From positions 2,080,001 to 2,144,000 of the forward strand of contig OZ244720.1 of NCBI GenBank assembly GCA_965219085.1: 64,000 nucleotides of DNA, given 5' to 3'. The position numbers and the translations under genes were made by a program. Shown in pieces: positions 38,122 to 48,874 of this stretch (position 1 is the stretch's first letter; each line of letters starts with the position of its first letter). The stretch comes from Dehalococcoidia bacterium. GTDB taxonomy: Bacteria; Chloroflexota; Dehalococcoidia; UBA2979. The notes beneath the pieces are model-generated. The model had not been told where the DNA came from. It worked only from the letters and a program-made list of their open reading frames with translations, and made no database searches.

Positions 38122-38997
38122 CTACGTGGCGAGGCCGCGCCACACCGGGTGCAACGCGAACCACTGCTCCGGCGACGCACTGATGCCCGCCTCGAGCGCG
38201 CGCGTCACGCGCCGCATGCCGCCCTCGACATCCGCCTCGCGCTCGCCGCTGCGTTCGAGGTACAGCGGGGGGTCGAGCGAGACATGCATGCCCGCGCCGC
38301 TCGTGCGGCGCGCGAATCCGGTCACGATGGGCGAGTTGGTGCGCAGCGCCAGCTCGACGGCGCCGCGCGGCATCCGCGCGCGCTCGCCGAAGAACGGCTG
38401 CGGGCGACCCGTGCCCAGCACGTCACGGTCCGCCAGCACCCCGAGGATCTTGCCGTCGCGCAGTTGCTGGATCGCGAGCCGCACGCCGGCGCGGTCGGCC
38501 GGGACGAAGCGCACCCCCGGCGCCTGGCGCAGCGCGTGTACGAGCTCGTGCAGGGCCGGCGGCGACAGCGGCTCGGTCAGCACCAGCACGTCGAAGCCGA
38601 GCGCTCCCATCACACGGATCAGCGTCTCGGGGTTCCCCAGGTGAGCGGACACGAACATCACGCCGCATCCGCGGTCGTAGGCCTCGAGGAACCCGTCGAT
38701 GCCGTCGACGGCCTCGATGCGGTCGATGGCGGCGGCGGGCGGGAGGTGGGCCGAGTGCGCCATGTCCGCCCAGTAGCGCATCGCCGTGCGGACGTTGCCG
38801 CGGGCCGCGCGCGCGAGGTCGGCGTGCCGCGCCTCGCCCGCGTGGACGTGGCGCATGTGGTCGATGGTGACGACGCGCAGGCGCTGCGAGGCGAACCAGG
38901 CGAGGGTGCCGGCGACGTCGCTGATGGCGTAGAGCACCGACAGCGGCAGCCGTCCGAAGACCTCGATCCACACGCGCAGCGCGGTGGCGGCGACCAT
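38122..38997 (-). CDS. Lipid acyltransferase (PatA/LpxL family)
   Basis: SAHLGNPE, LADRD, FFGERARMPRG, PEQWF. Confidence 0.85.
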   Translation of the reverse strand: MVAATALRVWIEVFGRLPLSVLYAISDVAGTLAWFASQRLRVVTIDHMRHVHAGEARHADLARAARGNVRTAMRYWADMAHSAHLPPAAAIDRIEAVDGIDGFLEAYDRGCGVMFVSAHLGNPETLIRVMGALGFDVLVLTEPLSPPALHELVHALRQAPGVRFVPADRAGVRLAIQQLRDGKILGVLADRDVLGTGRPQPFFGERARMPRGAVELALRTNSPIVTGFARRTSGAGMHVSLDPPLYLERSGEREADVEGGMRRVTRALEAGISASPEQWFALHPVWRGLAT

Positions 38998-39000
38998 CCG

Positions 39001-39879
39001 TCAGGCAGCCTGCCCGGCGTCGCCGTCGTCGAGCCACAGCGAGCGGAAGATGTACCACTGCTCCGGGCGACGCCGCACCATCGCCTCGAGCGCCGTGAAG
39101 ATCGCCTGCGTCAGCGCGTGGACGTCGCGCTCCATGTCGCCTGTCGGCTCATAGCGCACGTGCTCCAGGTCCGGCGTCGCGTGGTCGCTCCACGTCCCGA
39201 GCCGCGGCACCGTCGCCGCCATCACCGAGGCCTGTGTGCGCAGCGCGACGCGGGCGGGCCCGTCCGGCACGGCGACCGTGCCGCCAAAGAACTCCACCTC
39301 GACGCCGCGCCCCGGCTGGGGCACGTCGATCAGCGCCGCGACGATCTCGTTGCGCCGCAGCGAGCGCAGCAGGCGCGGGCCGATCCGGTCGGCAGGCAGC
39401 ACCTGCACCCCGAGGTTGCGCCGCGAGCCGAGCACGAGCTCGTCGAGCCGCGGGTCGGCGAACGTGTCGGCGATGACGGAGACACGGTAGCCGTGCTCGC
39501 TGAGCGCGACCGCGCCGAGATCCCACACGCCGAAGTGGACCGTGACCAACACGAGGCCGTTCCCCGTGAGCGCCCCGTCGATGTACTCCCAGTTGTCGAA
39601 GGGGACGCGGTCGCGCAGTTCGTCGCGGGGGCGCGAGCCGAAGCGCACGAAGTCCACGAGGTAGATGCCGTAGTTGCCGAAGGACGTGCGCGCGTAGCGC
39701 CTCGCCGCGGCCCTGTCGCCGCCGGCCACGCGCAGCATATTGCCCACGCAGCGGCGGCGACCTCCCGTCCACACGTAGTAGGCGAGGATGCCCGCGGCGT
39801 AGCTGCAAGCGTACGCGACCCGCAGCGGGACGAGCCGCGCGAGCAGCGAGCCGATCCGGAAGCCCCAGTACGCCGCCAT
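39001..39879 (-). CDS. Lipid acyltransferase (PatA/LpxL family)
   Basis: TVHFGVWD, ALID, VEFFG...PDGPA, PEQWY. Confidence 0.85.
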   Translation of the reverse strand: MAAYWGFRIGSLLARLVPLRVAYACSYAAGILAYYVWTGGRRRCVGNMLRVAGGDRAAARRYARTSFGNYGIYLVDFVRFGSRPRDELRDRVPFDNWEYIDGALTGNGLVLVTVHFGVWDLGAVALSEHGYRVSVIADTFADPRLDELVLGSRRNLGVQVLPADRIGPRLLRSLRRNEIVAALIDVPQPGRGVEVEFFGGTVAVPDGPARVALRTQASVMAATVPRLGTWSDHATPDLEHVRYEPTGDMERDVHALTQAIFTALEAMVRRRPEQWYIFRSLWLDDGDAGQAA

Positions 39880-39924
39880 CGCGCGGCAGTCTACTCGCGC
39901 GCCGCGCTAGCCGCGCGATCGCCT

Positions 39925-41019
39925 CTAGCTGCCCGCCGCGGCTTCCACCTCGCCGGCGATGAACGTCTCGAGGCGGTCGCGCGCCACGTCGTCGTGCCAC
40001 TGCTCTGGCGGCGACTTCATGAAGTACGCCGAGGGCTCCAGCAGCGGCCCGCCGATGCCGCGGTCGAGGCCGATCTTGGCGCAGCGGACCGCGTCGATCA
40101 CCACGCCGGCCGAGTTCGGGCTGTCCCACACCTCCAGCTTGCACTCGAGGTTGAGCGGCACCTCGCCGAACGTCGTGCCCTCCATGCGGATGTGGCACCA
40201 CTTGCGGTCCTCCAGCCACGGCACGTGGTCCGAGGGGCCGACGTGGACGTCGGCGTACGGCATCTCGTAGTCGATCTGCGAGGTGACGGCGTTGGTCTTC
40301 GAGATCTTCTTTGACTCCAGCCGCTCGCGCTCCAGCATGTTCAGGAAGTCCGTGTTGCCGCCGAAGTTGAGCTGGTACGTGCGGTCGACGCGTACGCCAC
40401 GGTCCTGGAAGAGCCGCGCGAGGAGGCGGTGCAGGATGGTCGCGCCGACCTGCGACTTGATGTCGTCGCCGATGATCGGCAGCCCCTTCTCGCGGAAGCG
40501 CTCGGCCCAGTAGTCCTCGCGCGCGATGAAGACCGGGATGCAGTTGACGAACGCGCAGCCCGCGGTCAGTACCTGCTCGACGTACCACTTCGTCGCCTCC
40601 TCGGAGCCGACGGGCAGGTAGCTGATGACGACGTCCGTGTTGGTGTCGCGCAGCGCGGACACGATGTCGGCGGTCGAGCCTGGCGCCTTCGTGATCACCT
40701 CGGAGAGGTACTTGCCGAGGCCGTCGTGGGTCATCCCGCGGATCACGGGCACGCCCAGGTGCGGCACGTCGGCGAAGCGGTAGGTGTTGTTCGGCTGCGT
40801 GTAGATCGCCTCGGAGAGGTCGCGGCCGACCTTGTTGGCGTCGATGTCGATGGCGACGGTGAAGTTGATGTCGCTGATGTGGTAGTCGCCGAGGACCGGG
40901 TGCATCAGCCCCGGGATCGTCTGGTCGGGGCTGGCGTCCTTGTAGAACTCGACGCCCTGCACCAGCGAGGACGCGCAGTTCCCCACCCCGATAATTGCTA
41001 CGTTGATCGGCTCACCCAC
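39925..41019 (-). CDS. ino1: Inositol-3-phosphate synthase
   Basis: [42 protein letters not shown]. Confidence 0.95.
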   Translation of the reverse strand: MGEPINVAIIGVGNCASSLVQGVEFYKDASPDQTIPGLMHPVLGDYHISDINFTVAIDIDANKVGRDLSEAIYTQPNNTYRFADVPHLGVPVIRGMTHDGLGKYLSEVITKAPGSTADIVSALRDTNTDVVISYLPVGSEEATKWYVEQVLTAGCAFVNCIPVFIAREDYWAERFREKGLPIIGDDIKSQVGATILHRLLARLFQDRGVRVDRTYQLNFGGNTDFLNMLERERLESKKISKTNAVTSQIDYEMPYADVHVGPSDHVPWLEDRKWCHIRMEGTTFGEVPLNLECKLEVWDSPNSAGVVIDAVRCAKIGLDRGIGGPLLEPSAYFMKSPPEQWHDDVARDRLETFIAGEVEAAAGS

Positions 41020-41132
41020 GGTGTGTTGCCCCTTTCGCGGCGCGCGCTCGTCATCGGCGCGCAGCCCCATACAGCATCGAGCGTAGGCACGTGCCGTAGC
41101 TGTGAGCTAGTGGAAGTTTCTTCCGGATAGCA

Positions 41133-41145
41133 TAAGATACACTTA
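41133..41145. promoter_or_regulatory. Putative LysR box (T-N11-A)
   Basis: TAAG-ATACA-CTTA palindrome between divergent ino1 and the LysR gene. Confidence 0.5.
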
Positions 41146-41165
41146 CCGATAGACCGGGAGGCCCC

Positions 41166-42113
41166 ATGACCACCCCCGCCACACCCAGCCTCGACACGAT
41201 CGAGGAGGCCTCACCGAGGCTTGCCCCGCAGCCCCCCGGCTTCGACGAGACGCCGCTCAACCTCCACCTCCAGCAGCTCGCCTACGTGCGTGCGCTCGAG
41301 CGCTGGGGCACGCTCACCGAGGCGGCGCGACGCCTCCAGGTCAGCCAGTCGGCGCTTTCGCAGTCACTCTCGCAGCTCGAGCGGCGGCTCGGCGTGCCGC
41401 TCCTCGAGCGCGACGGGCGCCGCCGCCAGCTCACGGAGGCGGGCCGCGAGGTCGCGCGCTTCGCCGGCGAGACGCTCGCCCGCGCGGGCGCACTGCGCGA
41501 CTGGCTCGCCGCCTACTCCGAGGGGCGTGCCGGCACGCTCCGCGTCGGCATGATCGACGCTGCCAGCCTGTACGCGCTGCCCTCGGCCATCCGCGCCTTC
41601 CGCGACACCCACCCCGAGGTGCAGCTCGAACTCGTCGTCGACCGGTCCGGGCTGCTGCTCGAACGGCTCGCCCGCTTCGAGCTCGACCTCGCGTTCGTCG
41701 TCGGCCCGGCGCCGCCGGAGTTCGACGCGACCGAGGTGTTGAGTGAGCCGCTGTACCTCTACGCCCCGCCCGGCACGACCGAGGCGCCTGCCGACGGCGA
41801 GTGGGTGCTCTACCCGCCCGGCCGCCAGACGCGGCGCATCATCGACGCCGGGCTCGCGGCGCGCGGCATCTGGCCGCGCATCTCCCTCGAAAGCGACAAT
41901 CCGGCAGTGCTCGGGCAAATGGTCGCGCTCGGCCTCGGCTGGAGCGTGTTGCCCGAGGGCGTTGTCGAGGGCGTCTCGCGCGAGCTGGCCGCCTCGCGCC
42001 GCGAGCAGATCGCGGAGCGCACCCTCCTCGCCGCGCGACGCGCTCAGTCTCCGCCGGACGCACGCGCCGAGGCGTTCCTGCGCCTCGTCATGGACCGCGA
42101 GGGCGCGGGATAG
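41166..42113 (+). CDS. LysR-family transcriptional regulator
   Basis: TLTEAARRLQVSQSALSQSLSQLERRLGVPLLER HTH; GTLRVG, ELDLAF. Confidence 0.92.
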   Translation: MTTPATPSLDTIEEASPRLAPQPPGFDETPLNLHLQQLAYVRALERWGTLTEAARRLQVSQSALSQSLSQLERRLGVPLLERDGRRRQLTEAGREVARFAGETLARAGALRDWLAAYSEGRAGTLRVGMIDAASLYALPSAIRAFRDTHPEVQLELVVDRSGLLLERLARFELDLAFVVGPAPPEFDATEVLSEPLYLYAPPGTTEAPADGEWVLYPPGRQTRRIIDAGLAARGIWPRISLESDNPAVLGQMVALGLGWSVLPEGVVEGVSRELAASRREQIAERTLLAARRAQSPPDARAEAFLRLVMDREGAG

Positions 42114-42129
42114 CGCTCGCTGCCACCGC

Positions 42130-43690
42130 TCAGTCGAGGCGCAGCGCGACGATCGCCGGCTCCTCGGCCAGGCCGACGGGCACGACGATGGTGTCGCCTT
42201 CAACGGCCGGCCAGCCGTTGATGACGCCCGCGAGCTGTAGCGACCAGACCTCGACGCCGGTGGCGCGGTCGAGGGCGATCACCCGGCCGTGGACGAGGGA
42301 GACGAACACGAGGTCGTTGACGACCGTCGCGCCGCCGAAGGAGTCGCCCCTGAGCTCGACGTCCCACAGCACCTCGCCGCTCGCCGCGTCGAGGGCGACG
42401 ACCTGCGAGGGGATCTCGCCGAGTGCGGTCGCGAAGCCCGCCGAGAACTCCTCGGGCGAGCTGTAGTAGGTGGCGGCGTTGACGACGGCGACGTACACGA
42501 CGCCTTCGGCCGTTGCTATTGGGGTGATGACGCCGCCGAGCACGCCCGGCAGCACCCACAGCTCGCCCTCGAAGGCGGCTACATCGTCGTTCCAGTGCAC
42601 CCCCACCGGGGTGTCCCACAGCGGCGTGCCAGCAGCGGGATCGAAGGCGGCGACGCGACCGTGCTTACCGCTGTTGATGACGATGGGCCGCGGGCCGTCC
42701 GGCCCCTCGACCGTCGCGAGCGCCGTCAGCACGCTGTCACGGTCGAAGAGGTCGTGCGGCACGAGTTGGTGGCCCCAGCGCAGCGCGCCTCCCGCGAGGT
42801 CGAGCGCGAGCACCGAGTTGGTCCAGCGGTTGTCGCCGGGCCGGCTGCTGGCGTTGGGGAAGCCCCGGGCGCCGGGGAACGGGTAGGGGCTGGACGTGCC
42901 CCAGAACACGAGGCCGGCCTCGACGTCGACGGCCGGCGGGTACCACGCGCCGCCCCCGCTGTTGATGTCGGGGCGCCCCCACATGTCGGGCGACTCGATC
43001 GTATTGAATTCCCACACCACGTCGCCCGTCCCGGCGTCGAGGGCGTAGAGGAAGCCTCGGCTGCCGGGGATCGAGAGCGACGAGGTGGCGGCAAGCACGA
43101 GCTCCCCGGCCACGACGGGCTGGATGTTGATCACGCCGCGGCCCTCGTCGGAAAGCTTCGTGGCCCAGAGCTGATCACTGCACGCCGCGTCGTACGCCTG
43201 GATGGTCGCGCCACCGACGGAGGCGAAGACGCGCCCCCAGCCGACCGCGACGCCGTTCGGCCCGAACACGGGTGCGTCGTTGCGGATGCGCCAGCGCCGC
43301 TCGCCCGTCCGCAGGTCGATGGCGTGGATGTTGCTGTCGAGGTCTGCCAAGTAGACCGTGTCGCCGACGATGAGGGTTCGTCGCCGCGGCGCCGTTCGAG
43401 CTGCCCGTCGGCTCCAGCGCGTACGACCACGCGATGCCGAGCCGCCCCACGCTGCTCGTGTCGATGCCGCTGTCGAACGTCGCACGTGTGCCGGCGAGGT
43501 TGCGGTTCGCGCTCGGCCAGTCGCCAGCCGCCGAGGTGAGCTCCGGCGCCGCACCGCTGACCTCGGTCGCCGCCGGCTCGCATTCGCCGTCGGGGATGAT
43601 CAGCTCGGCGACCTTGAAGCACGCAGCGGCGAACAGCGCTACACACGCCAGCAGGAGCGCCGCCGCGAGCCGATACGAGATGCGGGACAC
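42130..43690 (-). pseudogene. PQQ-binding-like beta-propeller lipoprotein, frameshifted near 43375
   Basis: Lipobox FAAAC and GDWPSANRN..NP in one frame; LIVGDTVY and propeller repeats (ALDA.TG...W) continue in another. Confidence 0.75.
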
Positions 43691-43701
43691 GGCGTGCCCC
43701 G

Positions 43702-44622
43702 TCAGACCGGGAAGACGCGGTAGGGGTGCCACACGCTCGGGATCGGGCCGCACTCCAGCAGTGCGACGAGGCGGCCATCAGGCCCATAGCCGCGCGCCTT
43801 CACGCCCACGCGCGCCAGCGGCGCGCTCGGCAGCTGGGGCGGACGCGTGTCGCGGCCCTGCCGCGCCAGCGCCACCGAGCGCTTGTTGAGGATCACGGCC
43901 GGCCAGTCCGACAGTACCGCGTCGGGGGCGTGCACGAGGTCCTCGACGGCGTTCGCCTCCAGTAGCCGCACCACGTCGTCGAGCGGCGTCGCGTCGGCGA
44001 TGTCGAACGGGCCGACGGCCGTGCGCCGCAGCTGCGCGAGGTGCGCGCCGACGCCGAGTGCCTGCCCGAGGTCGTGCGCGAGCGAGCGCATGTAGAAGCC
44101 CTTGGCGCACTCGACCTCGATATCGAGGTTCGGGAGCGCCACGTCGAGCACGGCGAGGGAGTAGACGTGCGCGGGGCGCGGCTCGAGCTGCGGCTGCTCG
44201 CCGCGTCGTGCGGCGCGGTGCGCGCGCTCACCGTCGAGCTTGACGGCGCTGAAGGCCGGCGGCGTCTGCATGAAGTCGCCGCGGAACGCCGGCAGCGCGG
44301 CCTCGACGTCATCGAGGGTCACGCCGCCCGGGTCGCGCGTCTCGCGCACCTCGCCCGCGGCGTCGTAGGTGTCGGTCTCGACGCCGAGCGTGACGGTGGC
44401 GCGGTAGCGCTTGCGCGCCTCGATGAGCGAGTCGATCAGGCGAGTGGCGTTGCCGATCGCGACGGGCAGCACGCCCGTCGCGGGGCGATCGAGCGTGCCG
44501 GCGTGGCCGACCTTGCGGACGCCCGAGGCGCGCCGGATGGCGCGCACGACGTCGAATGATCCCATGTCCGCGGGCTTGTCGATGTTGATGAAGCCGACGA
44601 GCGGCGGCTCGGCGGGACTCAC
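43702..44622 (-). CDS. truB: tRNA pseudouridine(55) synthase
   Basis: IDKP, KVGHAGTLD, QTPPAFSAVK, CAKGFYMRSLAHDLG. Confidence 0.95.
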   Translation of the reverse strand: MSPAEPPLVGFINIDKPADMGSFDVVRAIRRASGVRKVGHAGTLDRPATGVLPVAIGNATRLIDSLIEARKRYRATVTLGVETDTYDAAGEVRETRDPGGVTLDDVEAALPAFRGDFMQTPPAFSAVKLDGERAHRAARRGEQPQLEPRPAHVYSLAVLDVALPNLDIEVECAKGFYMRSLAHDLGQALGVGAHLAQLRRTAVGPFDIADATPLDDVVRLLEANAVEDLVHAPDAVLSDWPAVILNKRSVALARQGRDTRPPQLPSAPLARVGVKARGYGPDGRLVALLECGPIPSVWHPYRVFPV

Positions 44623-44993
44623 GGCAAGGCGTCCGGCTCGCCGCCCTCGCTGTCCCTCACCTCGCGGAGGAGCGAGGCCATGCGCTGGCCCTCGGCGATC
44701 GAGTCGTCGAGTTCGAAGTGCAGCCGCGGGACGCGGCGGAGCTGGATGCGGCGCACGAGTTCACGCTGCAGGAAGCGTGCGCTGCGGCCGAGTGCGTCCA
44801 TGACCGCGCGCTGCTCCAGGTCGTCGGCCATGACGCTGACGTGGACGCGCGCGTGGGCGAGGTCGGGAGTGATGTCGATGTGGGTGACGGAGATCAACAC
44901 GCCTTCGAGGCTCGGATCGCGGACGCGGCGTTGCAGCAGGTCCGCGATCTCCCCCTGCAGGAGGTCCGCGACTTTCTCCATGCGACGTGACAT
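44619..44993 (-). CDS. rbfA: Ribosome-binding factor A
   Basis: RRMEKV, RDP, TPDL..ARV, LRRVPRLHFELD; follows infB. Confidence 0.93.
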   Translation of the reverse strand: MSRRMEKVADLLQGEIADLLQRRVRDPSLEGVLISVTHIDITPDLAHARVHVSVMADDLEQRAVMDALGRSARFLQRELVRRIQLRRVPRLHFELDDSIAEGQRMASLLREVRDSEGGEPDALP

Positions 44994-45035
44994 CGTGCGG
45001 TCCTCGCAGCGCGAGCCGGGCAGGCTCAGGAGCGG

Positions 45036-46829
45036 CTAGCGCACCTGCTCCATGTGGTAGGCGATGATCTCATCGTTCTCCTGGAAGTCCTCGAAGCCAT
45101 CGACGGTGATGCCGCACTCCTGGCCGGCCGTGACTTCGTTCACGCGGTCCTGGAAGCGTTGCAGCGAGTCGATGCGCGACTCGTGGATGACCTCGCTGCC
45201 GCGGCGCACACGCACCAGCGAGCGGGTGTTCACGGCGCCGTCGCGCACCACGCACCCGGCGATCGAGTTGCGCCGGCCGCGGCGGAACACTGCGCGCACC
45301 TCGATGGCGGCGTCCTGGCGCTCCTCGAAGATCGGCTCGAGGAGGCCCTGCACGGCCTGTTCGACGTCCGAGACCACGTCGTAGATCACGCGGTAGTCGC
45401 GGACCTCGACGTGCTCGGAGTCGGCGAGGCGCTGAGCGCCGGTCTCGGTCTTGGTGTTGAAGGCAACGATCACGCCCTGCGCCGCGACGGCGAGGTTCAC
45501 GTCGGACTCGTTCACCGTACCCGCCGCCGCGTGGATTACCTTCACGCTGATCTCGTCCATCGCGAGGCTCTCGATCGCGCGCACGAGCGGCTCGATCGAG
45601 CCCTGCACGTCGGTCTTGAGGACGATGTTGAAGTCCTTGACTGCGCCGCGGTGGATCTCGCCGAACAGCGAGTCGAGGGTCACGCCCTGTTGCGGCGTGC
45701 CCGTGCTCTCCATCGCGCGCCGGTCGGCGGTGACCTCGGCGCGGGCGGTCTTCTCGTTCTTGACTGTCACGACGCGTTCGCCGGCGGGCGGCACCTCGCT
45801 CAGCCCGAGGACGGTGACGGGCGTGGAGGGGCCGGCCTGCTTTACACGCTGGCCCGTGTGATCCGTCATCGCCTTGACCTTGCCGTAGGCGAGTCCGGCG
45901 CGAATCACATCGCCGGTGTGCAGCGTCCCCGTCTGGATGAGGAGCGTCGTGGCGATGCCGCGCCGCGGGTCGGTCGACGCCTCGATCACCACACCCACCG
46001 CGTCGCGGTCCGGGTTCGCGCGCGGATCGTCGAGATCCGCCACCAGCATTACGTTCTCGAGCAGGTCGTTGATGCCTTCGCCCTGGAGCGCGGAGATCTC
46101 GACGACGGGCGTTTCGCCGCCGTACTCCTCCGGCACCACCTGCACCTCCATGAGCTGCTGCTTCGCGCGGTCCGGGTTGGCGTTGGGGAGGTCAGACTTG
46201 TTCATGGCGACGACGATCGGCACCTCGGCCGCGCGTGCGTGGTCGATCGCCTCGCGCGTCTGCGGCATTACGCCGTCGTCGGCGGCGACAACGATGATCG
46301 CGACGTCGGTGATCTGCGCACCGCGCGCCCGCATCTCGGTGAACGCCTCGTGGCCGGGGGTGTCGATGAAGGTCAACGGGCGGCCGTCGGGTCCGCTGGC
46401 CTGGTAGGCGCCGATGTGCTGTGTGATGCCGCCCGCTTCGCTGTCCACGACGCTGGCCCGGCGGATCGTGTCGAGCAGCGTCGTCTTGCCGTGGTCGACG
46501 TGTCCGAGCACGGTGACCACCGGCGGCCGTGGCGCGAGGTCCTCGCCTTCCTCGACGACGCGGAGCGAGATCGACGCAGGGCGTTCGTCCTCGCCGGCTG
46601 CGGCGTCCTCCGAGCCCTCCTCTTCGGGAAGGAACCCGAGGTCGGCAGCGACGACGGCGGCGGTGTCGAAGTCGACGACCTGGTTGATCGTCGCCATCAC
46701 GCCGTTCTTCATGAGCTCCTTGATCACGTCGACGGGCGTGACCTCGAGGAGGTCGGCAAGGTCGTTGACGACGACCGCCTGCGGGATCGCGACTCTCGGT
46801 CCTGTGCCGGGCGCCGATGTCTGCGTCAT
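45036..46829 (-). CDS. infB: Translation initiation factor IF-2 (short form)
   Basis: GHVDHGKTTLLD, EAGGITQHIGAY, DTPGHEAF. Confidence 0.96.
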   Translation of the reverse strand: MTQTSAPGTGPRVAIPQAVVVNDLADLLEVTPVDVIKELMKNGVMATINQVVDFDTAAVVAADLGFLPEEEGSEDAAAGEDERPASISLRVVEEGEDLAPRPPVVTVLGHVDHGKTTLLDTIRRASVVDSEAGGITQHIGAYQASGPDGRPLTFIDTPGHEAFTEMRARGAQITDVAIIVVAADDGVMPQTREAIDHARAAEVPIVVAMNKSDLPNANPDRAKQQLMEVQVVPEEYGGETPVVEISALQGEGINDLLENVMLVADLDDPRANPDRDAVGVVIEASTDPRRGIATTLLIQTGTLHTGDVIRAGLAYGKVKAMTDHTGQRVKQAGPSTPVTVLGLSEVPPAGERVVTVKNEKTARAEVTADRRAMESTGTPQQGVTLDSLFGEIHRGAVKDFNIVLKTDVQGSIEPLVRAIESLAMDEISVKVIHAAAGTVNESDVNLAVAAQGVIVAFNTKTETGAQRLADSEHVEVRDYRVIYDVVSDVEQAVQGLLEPIFEERQDAAIEVRAVFRRGRRNSIAGCVVRDGAVNTRSLVRVRRGSEVIHESRIDSLQRFQDRVNEVTAGQECGITVDGFEDFQENDEIIAYHMEQVR

Positions 46830-47155
46830 CGTGCGTGCTCCACGGAGAAGCGCTGACCGGCGAAGGCGCGCAGCGCGTCGCGCTCGGCGGCGGTCAGGGC
46901 GCCGCGCAACGCGCGAGCGAGGCCCGGGCCGTCGACGGCGCCCGTCCAGCAGGCGGGCTCGGCGCACAGGTAGGCGCCCCGGCCCCCGGCGAGCGCAGTC
47001 TCGTCGACGACGAGGCGCGTCTCGCCAGCCTCGCCGCCGGGGATCCGCGCGAGGCGGATCAGGTCGCGCTTGTCGCGCTGGGCGCCGCAGGCCACGCAGC
47101 TGCGTTGCGGCTGCCGTCGCGTGCGGCTGGCGGGCGGGCTAGCTGAAGTCGTCAT
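46826..47155 (-). CDS. ylxR: YlxR/RnpM (DUF448) protein
   Basis: PQRSCVAC..KRDLIR..GRGAYLC; between nusA and infB. Confidence 0.9.
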   Translation of the reverse strand: MTTSASPPASRTRRQPQRSCVACGAQRDKRDLIRLARIPGGEAGETRLVVDETALAGGRGAYLCAEPACWTGAVDGPGLARALRGALTAAERDALRAFAGQRFSVEHAR

Positions 47156-48782
47156 GTTCCTCGTCTTCTTCGTCCTCAAGGTCGTCGAACATCTCGCCCA
47201 GACCCGCCTCGATGTCGTCATCGTCGACCTCGAAGCGGCGGGAGCCGCCCCGCGCCGGGCGCTCGGGCTGTGTAGGGCCGCGCCGGCGGCCGCGCGTGCG
47301 CCGCGCGGGCTGGCGGCGCTGGTCGTCCTCTTCGTCGATGTCGCGCAGGCCGCCGATCTCTTCGGCGAAGCGCAGGCCGCCGGGCGCCGATCGTCGTGTC
47401 GATGCCGCCACGCGCTCGGGTTGGGGCTCGGGCTCCGCCTCGACGACCTCGGGCTCGGCCACCTCCGCGGGGGCTTCCGCCACGGCAGCTTCCTCGGCCT
47501 CGGCGGCAGCGGGCTCGGCGAACTCCGCGAGCACCTCCTGCTCCGGGGTGAGCGGCGCCGGCTCCTCGACCGCCGCGGGCGCGATCGGCTCGACGCGCTC
47601 GCCGGGCAGGCCCGGCTGCACGTAGTCCGGCCGCGCCGGGGTGATGTCGACGGTGGGCATGCCGACGGGCTCGGCGATCGGCATTGCGTCCATGTTCGGC
47701 TCGGGCGGCGGGTAGAGGTCCTCACCGTTGTGGATGAGCACGCCCTCGGCCGTGATCTCGATGCGGCGGCCGGTCAGCTTCGCGGCGAGTCGCGCGTTCT
47801 GGCCTTCCTTGCCAATCGCGAGGCTGAGTTGCTTGTCCGGCACGGCGATGAAGGCCGTGTTCTCCGCGTCGTCGAGGCGGATCGAGACCACCTCGGCGGG
47901 GCTCAGCGCGTTCGCGACGAAGGCCGTCTCGTTGGGGTCCCAGCGGATGATGTCGACGCGCTCACCGCCGAGCTCGTTCACGACGTTCTGGATGCGTGCT
48001 CCGCGCATGCCCACGACGGCCCCGATGGGGTCGACGCCGTCCTGGCGCGAGATGACGGCGATCTTGCTGCGGAACCCCGGCTCACGCGACATCCCCATGA
48101 TCTCGACGACGCCCTTGGCGATCTCTGGTACCTCGAGTTCGAGGAGGCGGCGCAGCAGCTCCGGGTGCGCGCGCGATGCGACAACCTGCGGCCCCTTCGA
48201 GGCGCGGTACACCTCCTTGATGTAGACCCGCAGCCGCTGGCCCACGCGGTAGTGCTCGGGCCGGACCTGCTCGGACGCAGGCAGCACGGCCTCGGCGCGG
48301 CCGAGGTCGAGGATGACCTGCCGCCGCCCGGGCTCGACGCGGAGCACGGTGCCGGAGACGAGCTCGCCCTGCTTGGTGGTGAACTCGCCGTAGACGGCCT
48401 CACGCTCGGCCTCGCGGAGGCGCTGCAGCACGACCTGCTTGGCGGTCTGCGCGGCGATGCGTCCGGCGTCCATTGAGGCTTCGAGGGGCTCGCGCAGCAT
48501 CGCGCCGGGCTCCTGGCCCGGCCAGCCCATCTCCGAGGCGCGCTCCGGGGTGACCTGGAGCTCGTCGTCCTCGATCGTTTCGTCGTCTCGTACCTCCCAG
48601 ACGCGCCAGACATCGATGTCGCCGCTATCGACGTCGATCTTGACCTCGACCTCGGCGTAGAGCAGTTCGTCCTTCTTGAAGGCCGACGCCATGGCCGCCT
48701 CGACGGCCTCGAACACCTTGGTCTGGTCGAGGTTCTTCTCCGCCGAGAGCTGGGAGATTGCGAGCACGAAATCGTTCTTCAT
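47139..48782 (-). CDS. nusA: Transcription factor NusA with acidic C-terminal extension
   Basis: GRIAAQTAKQV, REPGFRSKIAV, LAIGKEGQNARLAAKLTG. Confidence 0.96.
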   Translation of the reverse strand: MKNDFVLAISQLSAEKNLDQTKVFEAVEAAMASAFKKDELLYAEVEVKIDVDSGDIDVWRVWEVRDDETIEDDELQVTPERASEMGWPGQEPGAMLREPLEASMDAGRIAAQTAKQVVLQRLREAEREAVYGEFTTKQGELVSGTVLRVEPGRRQVILDLGRAEAVLPASEQVRPEHYRVGQRLRVYIKEVYRASKGPQVVASRAHPELLRRLLELEVPEIAKGVVEIMGMSREPGFRSKIAVISRQDGVDPIGAVVGMRGARIQNVVNELGGERVDIIRWDPNETAFVANALSPAEVVSIRLDDAENTAFIAVPDKQLSLAIGKEGQNARLAAKLTGRRIEITAEGVLIHNGEDLYPPPEPNMDAMPIAEPVGMPTVDITPARPDYVQPGLPGERVEPIAPAAVEEPAPLTPEQEVLAEFAEPAAAEAEEAAVAEAPAEVAEPEVVEAEPEPQPERVAASTRRSAPGGLRFAEEIGGLRDIDEEDDQRRQPARRTRGRRRGPTQPERPARGGSRRFEVDDDDIEAGLGEMFDDLEDEEDEEHDDFS

Positions 48783-48848
48783 GGGGCCGTGTGCCTTCGG
48801 ATGACAGCCGGTTCGGAACCTCGCATCGGCCTGCGGTGGTGGGCTAAG

Positions 48849-48874
48849 AAAAAGACGTGGGACTGGCCCACGTC
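48849..48874 (-). terminator. Hairpin plus U-tract in the nusA leader (terminator/attenuator)
   Basis: Minus strand GACGTGGG-CCAGT-CCCACGTC-TTTTT, downstream of extended -10 TGTGGTACTAT (48905-48915). Confidence 0.7.
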
